NCBI GenBank assembly: GCA_001189165.1
Contig: LFCO01000001.1
Coordinates: 221,592 to 285,591 of the forward strand
Direction: 5' to 3'
From: Parcubacteria bacterium C7867-005
Lineage (GTDB): Bacteria > Patescibacteriota > Minisyncoccia > Phycocordibacterales > Zambryskibacteraceae
DNA length: 64,000 nucleotides
In this document: positions 28,901-37,833 of the stretch, one piece after another
Position numbering within the stretch: position 1 is the first letter of the stretch
Layout of the letters: each line of letters begins with the position of its first letter
Program-made: the position numbers and the translations under genes
The notes under the pieces: generated by a model
The model's input: the letters and a program-made list of their open reading frames with translations, nothing else
Told to the model about the DNA's origin: nothing
The model's database searches: none

Positions 28901-29159
28901 AGAGATGAAAGAAGGAGCAGATTGTGTCGTGGCAGGTATTGTTATAGGTATTAGAGAAGTCACAACAAAAAAGGGAGACAGGATGGTTTTCGTAGAGTTA
29001 GAAGATTTTACTGGGACGCTCGATGTCGTAGTCTTCCCTAAGATATTTGAGGAGTTCAAAAGCTTCTTGGTATTAGAAAACTGCATTGCTATCAAAGGAA
29101 AGGTGTCCAAAAGAAACGATGAGACCTCTATGATCGCTGACAAAATCAAGGCCTTATAG
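25974..29159 (+). CDS. dnaE: DNA polymerase III alpha subunit
   Basis: PHP HLHTHSHYSLL, RGSVAGS, PDIDMDF, HAAGVVI, KFDFLG, YGFNKAHAASY, OB fold; start ATG 25974. Confidence 0.98.
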   Translation: MSKLTHLHTHSHYSLLEALPKIPDLVKTAKKMGMESLALTDSGNLYGAIEFYKECRDAGIKPIIGLDAYVAVRGLKDKEARIDNQRSRLVLLAKDETGYRNLIKLVTISNFEGFYYKPRIDKELLEKYADGLVVIMPSFSGEVIKTLTPGDEDRAKRTIEWYKKIFGEDNFFLEITHHKEIGGHEEKMVRLLKFAEETKTKIVAAHDVYYLDPEDKPARDTMLSIQSHVGKDTVRSMNDEEENFSFLSTKEMAKLFKDTPEALENIEVIVSKCNLELKLGSWVFPKYIVESGKTYDDELRELVYKGFEYRNVKKTKEVLDRVEYELKVIKDKGYSPYFLVVGDLLHYAHDHGILTNIRGSVAGSMVTYLARITNVNPIEYKLPFERFLNPDRPSAPDIDMDFADNRRDEIIEYARTKYGRDNVAQIGTFGTMMARGAVRDVARAMNFAYGVGDQIAKLIPVGAQGFPMTLDRAMKENADLKKLYNSDPDTKTIIDMAKKIEGCARHISVHAAGVVISPGPLTDYTPLQFDTKGENKIITQYDMYSIEEAGLLKFDFLGIKNLSIIADAIDRIKKIEGTVVDIENIPLDDKKTFAMLSRGETEGTFQLNGDGMTQFLVKLKPSSIHDINAMVALYRPGPIETIPSYIERKHNPELIKYLDPRMKEFLDFSYGVIVYQDDVLLTAIRLAGYNWVEADKLRKAMGKKIPEVMQAEKEKLTKGFIEFGKLTPELSEKIWKLIEPFAAYGFNKAHAASYGRMAYQTSYLKANFPAIYMSAVLTADSGDVERIGVMIAECKRMGIEVLPPSVNESYSQFTVVNDPPHPYKIRFGLTTIKNFGQGISTSIIEERKRGGKFKTLVDFLDRIKDKNLNKKSLEALIRSGAMDEFGDRGILGGNIENLLAYNKERARESGEQESLFGLMSDTSTLPTLKLIEAKEATKKEKLLWEKDLLGLYISGHPLEEFKDKMEKGDNTIKKLIEMKEGADCVVAGIVIGIREVTTKKGDRMVFVELEDFTGTLDVVVFPKIFEEFKSFLVLENCIAIKGKVSKRNDETSMIADKIKAL

Positions 29160-29197
29160 CCTTTGAAATAGGCCTTATTTATTGATACAATTTTGAA

Positions 29198-30439
29198 ATG
29201 ACTGAACAGGAACCGCAAGATAGAGACCATAAGAAAATAGGTAGAGAACTCGAGCTGTTTACCTTTAGTGATACTGTCGGTAAGGGCCTCCCCCTTTGGC
29301 TACCAAAAGGAGCGACTGTAAGACGAGAGCTCGAGAGGTTTATTATCGACGAAGAGATTAAGCGGGGATATTTGCATGTACGCACACCCGACATCGCTAA
29401 ACTCGATTTATATAGAAAATCTGGACACTATCCATATTATAAAGATAGCCAATACGCGCCGATAGTCATAGATGATGAAGAATTCCTCTTGAGGCCGATG
29501 ACTTGTCCCCACCACTTTGAGCTGTACCTAACCAAACCACACAGCTATAGGGAGTTACCTATGCGAATCGCAGAACTTGCTCAGCTTTATAGATACGAGC
29601 AGTCTGGCGAGCTCATGGGTCTCCAAAGAGTGAGAACCTTCTGCCTTGCAGATGCTCATATAATTTGTGCATCTGAAGAACAGGCCGTAGAAGAAATCGG
29701 AGGAGCTCTCGACCTCATAGAGTACGTCACCTCTGTGTTCGGCCTGAAACTTGATATTGATTATAGATATAGACTCTCTCTTGGAGATAGGGCTAACACA
29801 GAGAAATATTATAAAAATGACAATGCTTGGGAAAAGGGAGAGGGCCTGCTAAGAGATTTGATGAAAAAACGCGGTTCTAAGTTTGAAGAAGCCAAAGACG
29901 AAGCTGCTTTCTATGGACCAAAAATAGATATTCAGATGAAAAACGCAAACGGCAAGGAAGATACTGCTTTCACTGTGCAGTATGATTTCTGTATGCCTGA
30001 GAGGTTCGACCTGACATATGTTGGCGAGGATGGTAAGCCACACAGAGCCTTTGTTGTTCACCGCTCTTCTATCGGAGCTATAGAGCGAATTATGGCTTTC
30101 CTTATAGAAAAATACATGGGCGCATTCCCCCTTTGGCTCGCACCGGTGCAAGTCAAAGTTCTACCTATTGGGGAAAGCCAGCTTCAATATGCAAAAGAAG
30201 TTACAAATAGGTTGAAACTTGAAAATATCCGCGCGGAGTTGGATGAATCGAATGAAAGTTTGGGTAAAAAAATACGCAATGCGAAGACTGAAAAGATACC
30301 TTACATGCTAATTATAGGCGACAAAGAAATAGCTGAAAACAAAGTGACACTTGAGTCCAGAGATAGTGGCAACCTCGGACAGCTGTCACTCGATGAACTC
30401 GTGGAGAAACTAAAAAGTGAAATAAAAGATAGAAAATAA
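29198..30439 (+). CDS. thrS: Threonyl-tRNA synthetase lacking the N-terminal editing domains
   Basis: Begins at DHKKIGRELELF; PMTCPHH, YRYEQSGEL.GLQRVR, AAFYGPKID, VHRS; C-terminal anticodon domain; 413 aa. Confidence 0.96.
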   Translation: MTEQEPQDRDHKKIGRELELFTFSDTVGKGLPLWLPKGATVRRELERFIIDEEIKRGYLHVRTPDIAKLDLYRKSGHYPYYKDSQYAPIVIDDEEFLLRPMTCPHHFELYLTKPHSYRELPMRIAELAQLYRYEQSGELMGLQRVRTFCLADAHIICASEEQAVEEIGGALDLIEYVTSVFGLKLDIDYRYRLSLGDRANTEKYYKNDNAWEKGEGLLRDLMKKRGSKFEEAKDEAAFYGPKIDIQMKNANGKEDTAFTVQYDFCMPERFDLTYVGEDGKPHRAFVVHRSSIGAIERIMAFLIEKYMGAFPLWLAPVQVKVLPIGESQLQYAKEVTNRLKLENIRAELDESNESLGKKIRNAKTEKIPYMLIIGDKEIAENKVTLESRDSGNLGQLSLDELVEKLKSEIKDRK

Positions 30440-30462
30440 GAAAGCGAGTCACTAGGACTCGC
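30433..30462 (-). terminator. Intrinsic terminator of orphan gene 5 (convergent with thrS)
   Basis: Minus strand GCGAGTC-CTAGT-GACTCGC-TTTCTTATTTT. Confidence 0.75.
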
Positions 30463-30467
30463 CTTGA

Positions 30468-30758
30468 TCAACCCCGAGGCGTAGGTTGATCTGGTGCTTG
30501 GGCTGATGGAATGTCCTGACGATATTTCTGCTTCCTCTCCATCTCGCTCATCTTGAAGGGGCAGGAGGTGTGTCCGCACTCCCCAACGCATTCATGGGCG
30601 AGGAACACCTTGGGGCATTCAGGGCACGCCTCATCCACCCTGCCTTCGAGTACTGCCGCAGAATGGACGACTCTCTCGCCCTCGTGCATTGCAAGGACCC
30701 TAACTGCAATCCTCTCTCGAACATTCTCCTGATCGCTCTTGGTGATGTGGATCACCAT
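30468..30758 (-). CDS. GC-rich orphan protein with Cys/His cluster (possible Zn finger), 96 aa
   Basis: GGAGG SD 5 nt before ATG; CPECPKVFLAHECVGECGHTSCPF. Confidence 0.65.
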   Translation of the reverse strand: MVIHITKSDQENVRERIAVRVLAMHEGERVVHSAAVLEGRVDEACPECPKVFLAHECVGECGHTSCPFKMSEMERKQKYRQDIPSAQAPDQPTPRG

Positions 30759-30815
30759 AGAGACCTCCGGAATGGGTGGACTTTGGGTCTGTTAGTTTAA
30801 TAACACAAATAATAT

Positions 30816-32906
30816 CTATACGTCAAGAGTAGCTTTCTTTGCGTTGGACTGGATGAAAGATTTACGAGAAGGAACGTCTGTACCCATGAGTATGTCGAAT
30901 ACTTTGTCTGCATCTCGTCCATCCTCTACCGTGACTTGTTTTAGTATTCGAACTTTTGGATCCATGGTTGTTTCCCACAGTTCTTCTGCGTTCATCTCTC
31001 CTAAACCTTTGTATCTCTGTATAGAAATCTTGGCTACTTTCTTTTTATCTTTGCCCTTAGTATTTTCTTCTACTTCTTCATTTTCTTCGGACTCTTCTTC
31101 TGTTGTATTTTCATCGAGTTCTATGATGTCTTCGATGCTTATGTCTGACCCGATCTTTTTGTTCTTTTCTTCATCAGAGTAGGCGTACATGACTTCTTTA
31201 CCTTTCTTGATTTTATATAGTGGTGGTTGAGCAATATAAACAAACCCTGCGTCTATGAGTGGACGGAAAAATCTGTAGAGGAGGGTGAGGAGAAGTGTGC
31301 GAATGTGTGCTCCATCCACGTCGGCGTCTGTGGCTATGATTATCTTATGATAACGAAGTTTGGAAATATCAAACGTATCACCTATGGCCGTACCCAGAGC
31401 GACAACCAAGTTTTTAATCTGCTCAGAACCAAGCATGCGGTCCAGACGTGCACGTTCTATGTTCAAAATCTTACCTCTAAGTGGGAGGATGGCCTGTGTT
31501 CGCCTGTCTCTACCCATCTTGGCTGTACCACCCGCTGAATCTCCCTCTACGATAAATATTTCGGACTCCTCTGCTGATTTAGACTGACAATCTGCGAGTT
31601 TACCTGGTAGAGTCATACCCTCGAGCGCGCCTTTGCGGAGGACAGAGTCTTTGGCGGCTTTGGCTGCCTTACGGGCGCGAAGTGCGAGAACAACCTTTTG
31701 GATCATCGCCTTGGCATCATCTGGATTCTCCTCAAGAAAGGCGCCGAATGAATCATTGAAAACCGTTTCTACCATACCTCTTGCTTCCACTGAACCCAAC
31801 TTTCCTTTGGTCTGTCCCTCGAATTGAATTTCTCTTAGCTTAACGGAAACCACCGCCGTCAAACCCTCCAACACATCATCGCCTGTAAAATTATCTTCTT
31901 TCTCACTAACTAGATTGTTCTTTCGAGCATAGTTATTAATAGTTCTGGTCAAAGCTGTTTTAAATCCAGTGATATGTGTACCGCCTTCAGAGTTGTAAAT
32001 ATTATTCGCAAAAGGAAGGATGCGAGAAGATATATCGTCTACATACTGGAGTGCTATTTCTACATTCTCATACTCAGTGGTGTTCTTTTCCACATAGAAA
32101 ATATTTTTATGAACGGGCTTCTGAAGAGCGTTCTCAAAACGGACCAGGGACATCAATCCACCTTCGAAGTAAAAAGACATGGATGGAGCCTCGAGAGAAA
32201 GTTCTCTTAGATAAAATACTTCCGTATCTTTTACTTCTTTTTCAGAATTCTCCCTAGCATCTATAACTGTTATACGAAGGCCCTTTACTAAATAAGCTTG
32301 CTGTCTGAGGTGGTTAACGACTTTATTAAAATCAAAATTAGTATCAGGAAAAATCTTCTCATCTGGCCTGAAGGTGATGATCGTCCCACTATTTTTGGTG
32401 GTGCCTATTTTTTTGACTGAAGCTTTTTTCTTTCCCTCACTGTACTCTTGGAAATAAATGCCTCCGTCTTTGTGAACTTCAGCCCGAGTATATGTAGACA
32501 GGGCGTTTACCACAGAAGCACCGACTCCATGCAGTCCTCCAGATACTTTGTAGCCGCTACCTTCCTCTCCAAACTTTCCTCCTGCATGGAGTGTGGTCAT
32601 CACCATCTCCAGTGCTGAAACTTTTGTTTGTTTATGAACATCCACCGGGATACCGCGGCCATTGTCCACAACCCTGATACGGTTGCCTGGTAAAAGAGCG
32701 ACCTCGATGTCGTTTGCGAAGCCCCCCATGGCTTCATCTCTAGAGTTGTCAAAAATCTCCCAGATTAGGTGGTGCAAGCCATCTGGCCCTGTTGTACCAA
32801 TATACATACCAGGACGCTTCCTGACCGGGTCTAGGCCTTCAAGGACAGTGATCGATTCAGCGCTATAATTCGAGGTTTTCTTCTTGTCGTCTTTGTCTTT
32901 GGCCAT
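30816..32906 (-). CDS. gyrB: DNA gyrase subunit B
   Basis: LEGLDPVRKRPGMYIG, DNGRGIP, GLHGVGASVVNALS, VEGDSAGG, TDADVDGAHI, QRYKGLGEMN. Confidence 0.96.
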   Translation of the reverse strand: MAKDKDDKKKTSNYSAESITVLEGLDPVRKRPGMYIGTTGPDGLHHLIWEIFDNSRDEAMGGFANDIEVALLPGNRIRVVDNGRGIPVDVHKQTKVSALEMVMTTLHAGGKFGEEGSGYKVSGGLHGVGASVVNALSTYTRAEVHKDGGIYFQEYSEGKKKASVKKIGTTKNSGTIITFRPDEKIFPDTNFDFNKVVNHLRQQAYLVKGLRITVIDARENSEKEVKDTEVFYLRELSLEAPSMSFYFEGGLMSLVRFENALQKPVHKNIFYVEKNTTEYENVEIALQYVDDISSRILPFANNIYNSEGGTHITGFKTALTRTINNYARKNNLVSEKEDNFTGDDVLEGLTAVVSVKLREIQFEGQTKGKLGSVEARGMVETVFNDSFGAFLEENPDDAKAMIQKVVLALRARKAAKAAKDSVLRKGALEGMTLPGKLADCQSKSAEESEIFIVEGDSAGGTAKMGRDRRTQAILPLRGKILNIERARLDRMLGSEQIKNLVVALGTAIGDTFDISKLRYHKIIIATDADVDGAHIRTLLLTLLYRFFRPLIDAGFVYIAQPPLYKIKKGKEVMYAYSDEEKNKKIGSDISIEDIIELDENTTEEESEENEEVEENTKGKDKKKVAKISIQRYKGLGEMNAEELWETTMDPKVRILKQVTVEDGRDADKVFDILMGTDVPSRKSFIQSNAKKATLDV

Positions 32907-32968
32907 GTGTTTTGTACCTCCAATTATAGCACAAACCGACCCTCAAAAAAAGCCGGAAATCGATGCTT

Positions 32969-33649
32969 TTAGACAACTGAATTACTCAGTATTTTGATGA
33001 TATTTTCTTTGGATCTGAGCTCTGGTTTATCTCCCGGCACCTCAACTACAAAACGTTTGTCTTCATCATTAATTATCCTTCCATATCCGATAACATTTTT
33101 AAAGGAGTTACAGCCATCAAGCAATTCTTCACAAACACCACCGTTTTTGCCGCCAGAATGTATGACCATGTTTTCTCCTATATATATACCAACGTGGTCT
33201 ATTCCCTCTGGCACTTTTGTTCCTGGCATAAATTCAAGGGTTTCAGTTCTTATAGCCTCTTCTTTTACTTCTCTGTCCAAAACTTTAGAAAAATATGAGC
33301 CTTCAGTATGAATAATCTCTTTTGTGTTAGAAAAAATAAGATCTCCGGGCCTTAAATCATCTTTGGTTATTCTTTTGGAAAACACATATTGATCAACAGA
33401 GACTCTCGGTATGGCGAATCCTGACTCGACAGCTGCCCAGGCGACTAAAGATGAGCAGTCAAAAAAGTTCGGCGCATCATTCAAAACGCTTGCGCCACGT
33501 TTATAGGGCTTGCCTACGACGCTCTTCGCAGAAATAACCATCTGCTTCCTGGGTTCAACTATCCTATAAGAAAATCCCAACTTATCGAGCTTGACCTTAT
33601 CTACCTCTGTCTCGGATAAACCAATTCTATATATCGGTTTATTTATCAT
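32969..33649 (-). CDS. NlpC/P60 family cysteine peptidase
   Basis: GKPYKRG..FDCSSL, IPRVSVDQ, LRPGDLIF, DHVGIYIG..IHS. Confidence 0.88.
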   Translation of the reverse strand: MINKPIYRIGLSETEVDKVKLDKLGFSYRIVEPRKQMVISAKSVVGKPYKRGASVLNDAPNFFDCSSLVAWAAVESGFAIPRVSVDQYVFSKRITKDDLRPGDLIFSNTKEIIHTEGSYFSKVLDREVKEEAIRTETLEFMPGTKVPEGIDHVGIYIGENMVIHSGGKNGGVCEELLDGCNSFKNVIGYGRIINDEDKRFVVEVPGDKPELRSKENIIKILSNSVV

Positions 33650-34794
33650 ACAGTTCGGATTGTGCCATCAAAATCTTCTATCGTTACGCTTTCGATCTTT
33701 GCGTGTAAGACGTTTACTTCCGCATTAGTCAAGGTTCTGTCCAGATGTCTATAAGTTATCCTAAATGTATAGCTGGTCTTTCCTTCTCCAAACTTTTGAG
33801 CATTCTCATATTTATCTTTCAATTCAACTTCCTCGACCATATCACCACCAACCACTCGAATGCCATCAAAATAATCATTCAGTATAAAATCTGAATCCAC
33901 CACAAAAGAGATATCTCGAACCACCGGAGGAAATTTACTAACTTCTTTATACTTCTGACCGAGTTTAAGTTGTTTTTTTACTCTTTCATCTTCTGACCAT
34001 AAGAGTCTGATATCGGGGAGTTCCATACTAACGATAGCCAACCGCTCGAGTCCGAAACCGAAAGCCCAACCAGTCCACTTACTACTATCAATGCCGAATT
34101 TCTCTAGGACAGATCCTTTGACAACCCCACTGCCCAGGACCTCGACCCACTTACCGTCCTTATCCACCTCCATCTCAATGGATGGGTTAGTGTATGGGAA
34201 AGTATCTGGATTGAATCTAGAGATCACATTCGTGCCGAAAACCGCCCTAGCTATTGTTGAGAGAACTTCCTTAAGCTCTGTTTCTCCGATCGTCTCTTTA
34301 TCTTTTGGTGCCAGATACCAACCATCTAGTTGATGAAAAACATTCATGTGGTGGCGGTCAATCTCATCTTTGCGGTACACCTTACCATGAGAGAAGCAAC
34401 CAACAGATTCTCCTCGCGCCATCTTCTCTTTGATTTCTTTTTGCTGCAGATAGTAGTACCACATCACTGTTGTGTGTGTACGCAGAATGTTTTTGTCATC
34501 TACATAATAAGTATCAGACTTACTGCGGGCAGGGTGGTCCGCAGGAAAATCAAACAGGTCAAAACTTATATCAGCGGGGACTATCTCTGGAGTCTCTATA
34601 ACATCAAAGTCTTTGAAGCTTGGTTGGGCAAGTACTCGTTCGACCATCTCATAGATAGGACTGCCCTCGGTGCGAGAAAGATCGGGCATAGACAGGTAGT
34701 GCTTGATACGACCAGCTTCTGTATCTGACCTCTCCTTGAGCCCTTCTCTTAGTTTATTTTGATCGTCTAAAGAGATTTTATATGTATCCCTCAT
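33646..34794 (-). CDS. pheS: Monomeric (mitochondrial-type) phenylalanyl-tRNA synthetase: catalytic domain plus FDX-ACB
   Basis: HPARSKSDTYY, LRTHTT, YRKDEIDRHH..FHQ, FPYTNPS, AFGFGLERL, then SKFPPVVRDISF..YRHLDRTLTNAEV anticodon-binding domain. Confidence 0.93.
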   Translation of the reverse strand: MRDTYKISLDDQNKLREGLKERSDTEAGRIKHYLSMPDLSRTEGSPIYEMVERVLAQPSFKDFDVIETPEIVPADISFDLFDFPADHPARSKSDTYYVDDKNILRTHTTVMWYYYLQQKEIKEKMARGESVGCFSHGKVYRKDEIDRHHMNVFHQLDGWYLAPKDKETIGETELKEVLSTIARAVFGTNVISRFNPDTFPYTNPSIEMEVDKDGKWVEVLGSGVVKGSVLEKFGIDSSKWTGWAFGFGLERLAIVSMELPDIRLLWSEDERVKKQLKLGQKYKEVSKFPPVVRDISFVVDSDFILNDYFDGIRVVGGDMVEEVELKDKYENAQKFGEGKTSYTFRITYRHLDRTLTNAEVNVLHAKIESVTIEDFDGTIRTV

Positions 34795-34861
34795 AAGAGC
34801 CTAATTATACAAAAAAGATTGAGAAAGTCTAAATAATGGCTAAAATTGAAGGTTTTTAGAT

Positions 34862-35737
34862 CTATTCTGCATCATCATTAGCTTCATTTGAAAAGATAAT
34901 TTCATAGAAACTATCTGCTGTTTTCAGATATATGTCTCCCTTGTATTCAAATAATTTAGCTTTATCAAAACTACTTAGCTTGAGATCGGATGGGGAGATA
35001 ATTTTGTTTATGATTCTACTACCCCGTGGATCTAGTTCGACTATGTAGATACCCTTACTGGTGATGGATATGATGCCATTTGAATTCTCTGGATGCCATT
35101 CAAGATCTGTCACCTTTTCAGCGAGTGTGATCGACATGCTGGGGTCACAAACTCCTGACAAACACATGTATTGAGGTGTGTCGTCAGCAGATAACCATTC
35201 AATTTTGATATTGCCCTTATTGATAATGCTCAAAACTGTGTGGTTATCTTCAAAGATGATCACACCTGTAGAAGTTGAGATCGTAGACTCTATCTTTTTC
35301 AATAAAATTTTAGATATGGTGGCTATGAGGTTTTTATCAGTTATTTTTTTTGCGGTGATATTCTCAGGAACCAAAACTGGGCGAACTTCGGTCACCCTAT
35401 TTGGATATACCGATACTTCCTTACTCCACCCTAAAAACCCGTCTTTCTCCACTTCGATAATATGTACCTTCGGGCTAAGTCTCTGAAGCAGGATGGATCT
35501 TTCTAAGAATGACGAGTTGCCAGCCACTTTGCCATCTAGAAATACCTCACTGTTATTCCCTATGTTAGATATATAAATACCACCAGTTTTGTGGAGATTT
35601 AACTTTATGATCGATCCGATATCCATTATGGAATACCCAGAAGCAGACAGTATCAGTATTGGACCAAAAATAAAAAACACAAAAACTAAAATAATTAAGG
35701 TGACGTTCCTGCGTTTTTCTGACATCGGTCTATTCAT
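34862..35737 (-). CDS. Membrane-anchored PEGA-domain protein
   Basis: N-terminal TM followed by GY; TGGIYIS..VFLDGK..IEVEKDGF..WSKEVSV PEGA-like pattern. Confidence 0.7.
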   Translation of the reverse strand: MNRPMSEKRRNVTLIILVFVFFIFGPILILSASGYSIMDIGSIIKLNLHKTGGIYISNIGNNSEVFLDGKVAGNSSFLERSILLQRLSPKVHIIEVEKDGFLGWSKEVSVYPNRVTEVRPVLVPENITAKKITDKNLIATISKILLKKIESTISTSTGVIIFEDNHTVLSIINKGNIKIEWLSADDTPQYMCLSGVCDPSMSITLAEKVTDLEWHPENSNGIISITSKGIYIVELDPRGSRIINKIISPSDLKLSSFDKAKLFEYKGDIYLKTADSFYEIIFSNEANDDAE

Positions 35738-37280
35738 GGTTGTTTGTATTCCTGTGTTTTGGTGTTACCCAAAAGCCCATATATCTACCAAACATCAATC
35801 TGGTCTGGGCATCTATAGCCGGGATCGAGCTAAAAATTATGATCGTGAATGGGAATATTAGCCACTGCAGGATGGCTATCACTTTTTGTTTTTTAGTTAT
35901 GGGTTTACCCTTTGAAGACTTGGGCAACAAAGAGTATGACATGACTGAAAGAGAAATGAGTCCGAACATTGCTGAAAGCATGAGGTTTCTGGTCAATGTT
36001 GGCAGGTTGTACGAAAGCACTGTCTCTTTAAAAAATCTACCACCCAAGAGTAAGGGTAGCCAACCCAGGAGAAATATAATCAGTGGATTAGTAGCAGCAG
36101 ACCAATATCCCTCGATCTGGACCAGAGATACTCTAATTTTTTTCCAGAGAGAGATATTTTTATTTTTTACACATCCATAAAGTATATATGGGACATTTTC
36201 TGAACCCCACATCCACCGTCTATTTTGTCTGTATATATTTTTCATCGTCTGCCAAAATCCGCCGGCATGATTCGCATCCATAGACACTGGATAGGCCATG
36301 GGCACAACTCTGTAGTTACCATTGTTTACAAAAAATAGATTCCAAAATATACGAGAATCCTCAGAAACAACATTATTCTGCCAATAACCAACCTTCACTA
36401 ATGCACTAAGAGAAACCGCGTGCGAAGAGAATGTGACCAATTTCTCTGGACGCTCTTGTTGTATCATCTGCCAAAACGTATTAGAAAATGCAGTAATCCT
36501 CGATATGGGGTTAGTTTGCCATATGTTGTTGTTATATATTGGTACAGGCTGAAAAGACGCTTGATCCCTGTCATCAGTAGTCAGATAATACCAAGTGAGG
36601 ACCAAGAAATAATCTCCATAAACGACTGTATCTATATCAAACGCAGATACCACAACATTTGAATAATCTATGTTGTTAGCATCTATGTATCTTTCTTTTG
36701 TCATCCTCAGTGCATAAGATATATTTGAACCCTTTCCAGCCACCTCGCCAGAGATATCCTGTGGGTGAACCGTGACAATGATCTCTGCAAAATCTTTTCT
36801 AAATTTATCAGCAACTGTATCGGCGATCCCCTTGGCTGCCTCACCCGCTCTCTCTTCACATGCGAGCACTACGATCATCTTACTATGGTCATATTTTGCA
36901 AGCTTTAGACCAGATACACTTTCCATAACTACATCTATCGATTCATCAAAAAATGGAAATATAACTAAATGATATATATCCTCATGTTTCAAATGGGACA
37001 CTAAACCCTTCCAATCTGTACTTAGGTTTGTTCTTATCCTCCTCCAGTTATGAAAGTTATGTGAAGACATGTATATAGTCTTCAAGAACCAATAGAGGTC
37101 AAAAAGGATAACCAAGTAAGCTGCCCAAACTGGAACAAGCCAAGAAAGAACGACCAAAAGGATGATTGTTCCCCAGGTCAAAACACCCGGAACCAACTCA
37201 AACACCTTATATAAAAAACGATTGAACCCATAGAGTTCAGATGATCTGCCCACCTTTAAATATGACGAGTTCTGATTCAT
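35730..37280 (-). CDS. Processive family-2 glycosyltransferase, multi-pass membrane
   Basis: GKGSN, FDIDT (DxD), SEDSR, RQNRRW (QxxRW); N- and C-terminal TMs. True start ATG 37280, since the ORF-track extension overlaps the tRNA. Confidence 0.9.
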   Translation of the reverse strand: MNQNSSYLKVGRSSELYGFNRFLYKVFELVPGVLTWGTIILLVVLSWLVPVWAAYLVILFDLYWFLKTIYMSSHNFHNWRRIRTNLSTDWKGLVSHLKHEDIYHLVIFPFFDESIDVVMESVSGLKLAKYDHSKMIVVLACEERAGEAAKGIADTVADKFRKDFAEIIVTVHPQDISGEVAGKGSNISYALRMTKERYIDANNIDYSNVVVSAFDIDTVVYGDYFLVLTWYYLTTDDRDQASFQPVPIYNNNIWQTNPISRITAFSNTFWQMIQQERPEKLVTFSSHAVSLSALVKVGYWQNNVVSEDSRIFWNLFFVNNGNYRVVPMAYPVSMDANHAGGFWQTMKNIYRQNRRWMWGSENVPYILYGCVKNKNISLWKKIRVSLVQIEGYWSAATNPLIIFLLGWLPLLLGGRFFKETVLSYNLPTLTRNLMLSAMFGLISLSVMSYSLLPKSSKGKPITKKQKVIAILQWLIFPFTIIIFSSIPAIDAQTRLMFGRYMGFWVTPKHRNTNNHE

Positions 37281-37297
37281 GAAGTAATGTCGACTCC

Positions 37298-37373
37298 TGG
37301 AGCCACCTCCCAGATTTGAACTGGGGACCTTCGCTTTACAAAAGCGTTGCTCTACCAACTGAGCTAAGGTGGC
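37298..37373 (-). tRNA. tRNA-Thr (anticodon UGU), CCA encoded
   Basis: GCCACCTTAGCTCAGTTGGTAGAGCAACGCT-TTTGTAA-AGCGAAGGTCCCCAGTTCAAATCTGGGAGGTGGCTCCA; cloverleaf with TTC loop. Confidence 0.96.
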
Positions 37374-37384
37374 GTCGGTCTATC

Positions 37385-37831
37385 CTAAAGCTTTTCTTCT
37401 GGTACATCAAGCCTTTTTTCCAACTGACTCTCCTCTCTGTCCATATCCTTTAGAGCCTCTGCTGTCTCTATTTCCATGTCGGAAATATTCTTAAAGAACT
37501 CTGAGATTCCTTCATTTTTGGTATTTAAGAGTCGTGAGTTCCTGATGTTACCCAGTCGTTTCTCCACCTGATCTTTGACCAAGGCTTCTGCCTTGTTCAA
37601 GATATTTTTTGTACGAATGGGTAACTGTTTAGTTACAAAAAATTCTGCTTTTTCTTTTAGGACTGAATATTCATGAGCGACATCGTGAGACATCTCTCTA
37701 AAACGCGCATCCCCTTTAGAGATCATACTGAGGAAAGAAAGGGTTTTCTTTTTTCTTATCTCCCAAATCTTTGCTGTGATCAGGAGAGCTATAGCCACTC
37801 CAGACAAAATAAAAGTGATGAATGAAAACAT
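37385..37831 (-). CDS. Hypothetical protein with N-terminal TM anchor
   Basis: 148 aa ORF directly downstream of tsf. Confidence 0.75.
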   Translation of the reverse strand: MFSFITFILSGVAIALLITAKIWEIRKKKTLSFLSMISKGDARFREMSHDVAHEYSVLKEKAEFFVTKQLPIRTKNILNKAEALVKDQVEKRLGNIRNSRLLNTKNEGISEFFKNISDMEIETAEALKDMDREESQLEKRLDVPEEKL

Positions 37832-37833
37832 GG

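Noticed and set aside
34800-37300. Possible island integrated at the tRNA-Thr 3' end (GT2 and PEGA genes)
   Set aside because: No duplicated tRNA 3' end (att site) or integrase was seen.
37281-37358. N-terminal extension of the glycosyltransferase in the ORF track
   Set aside because: It is a translation of the tRNA-Thr gene; the real start is ATG 37280.
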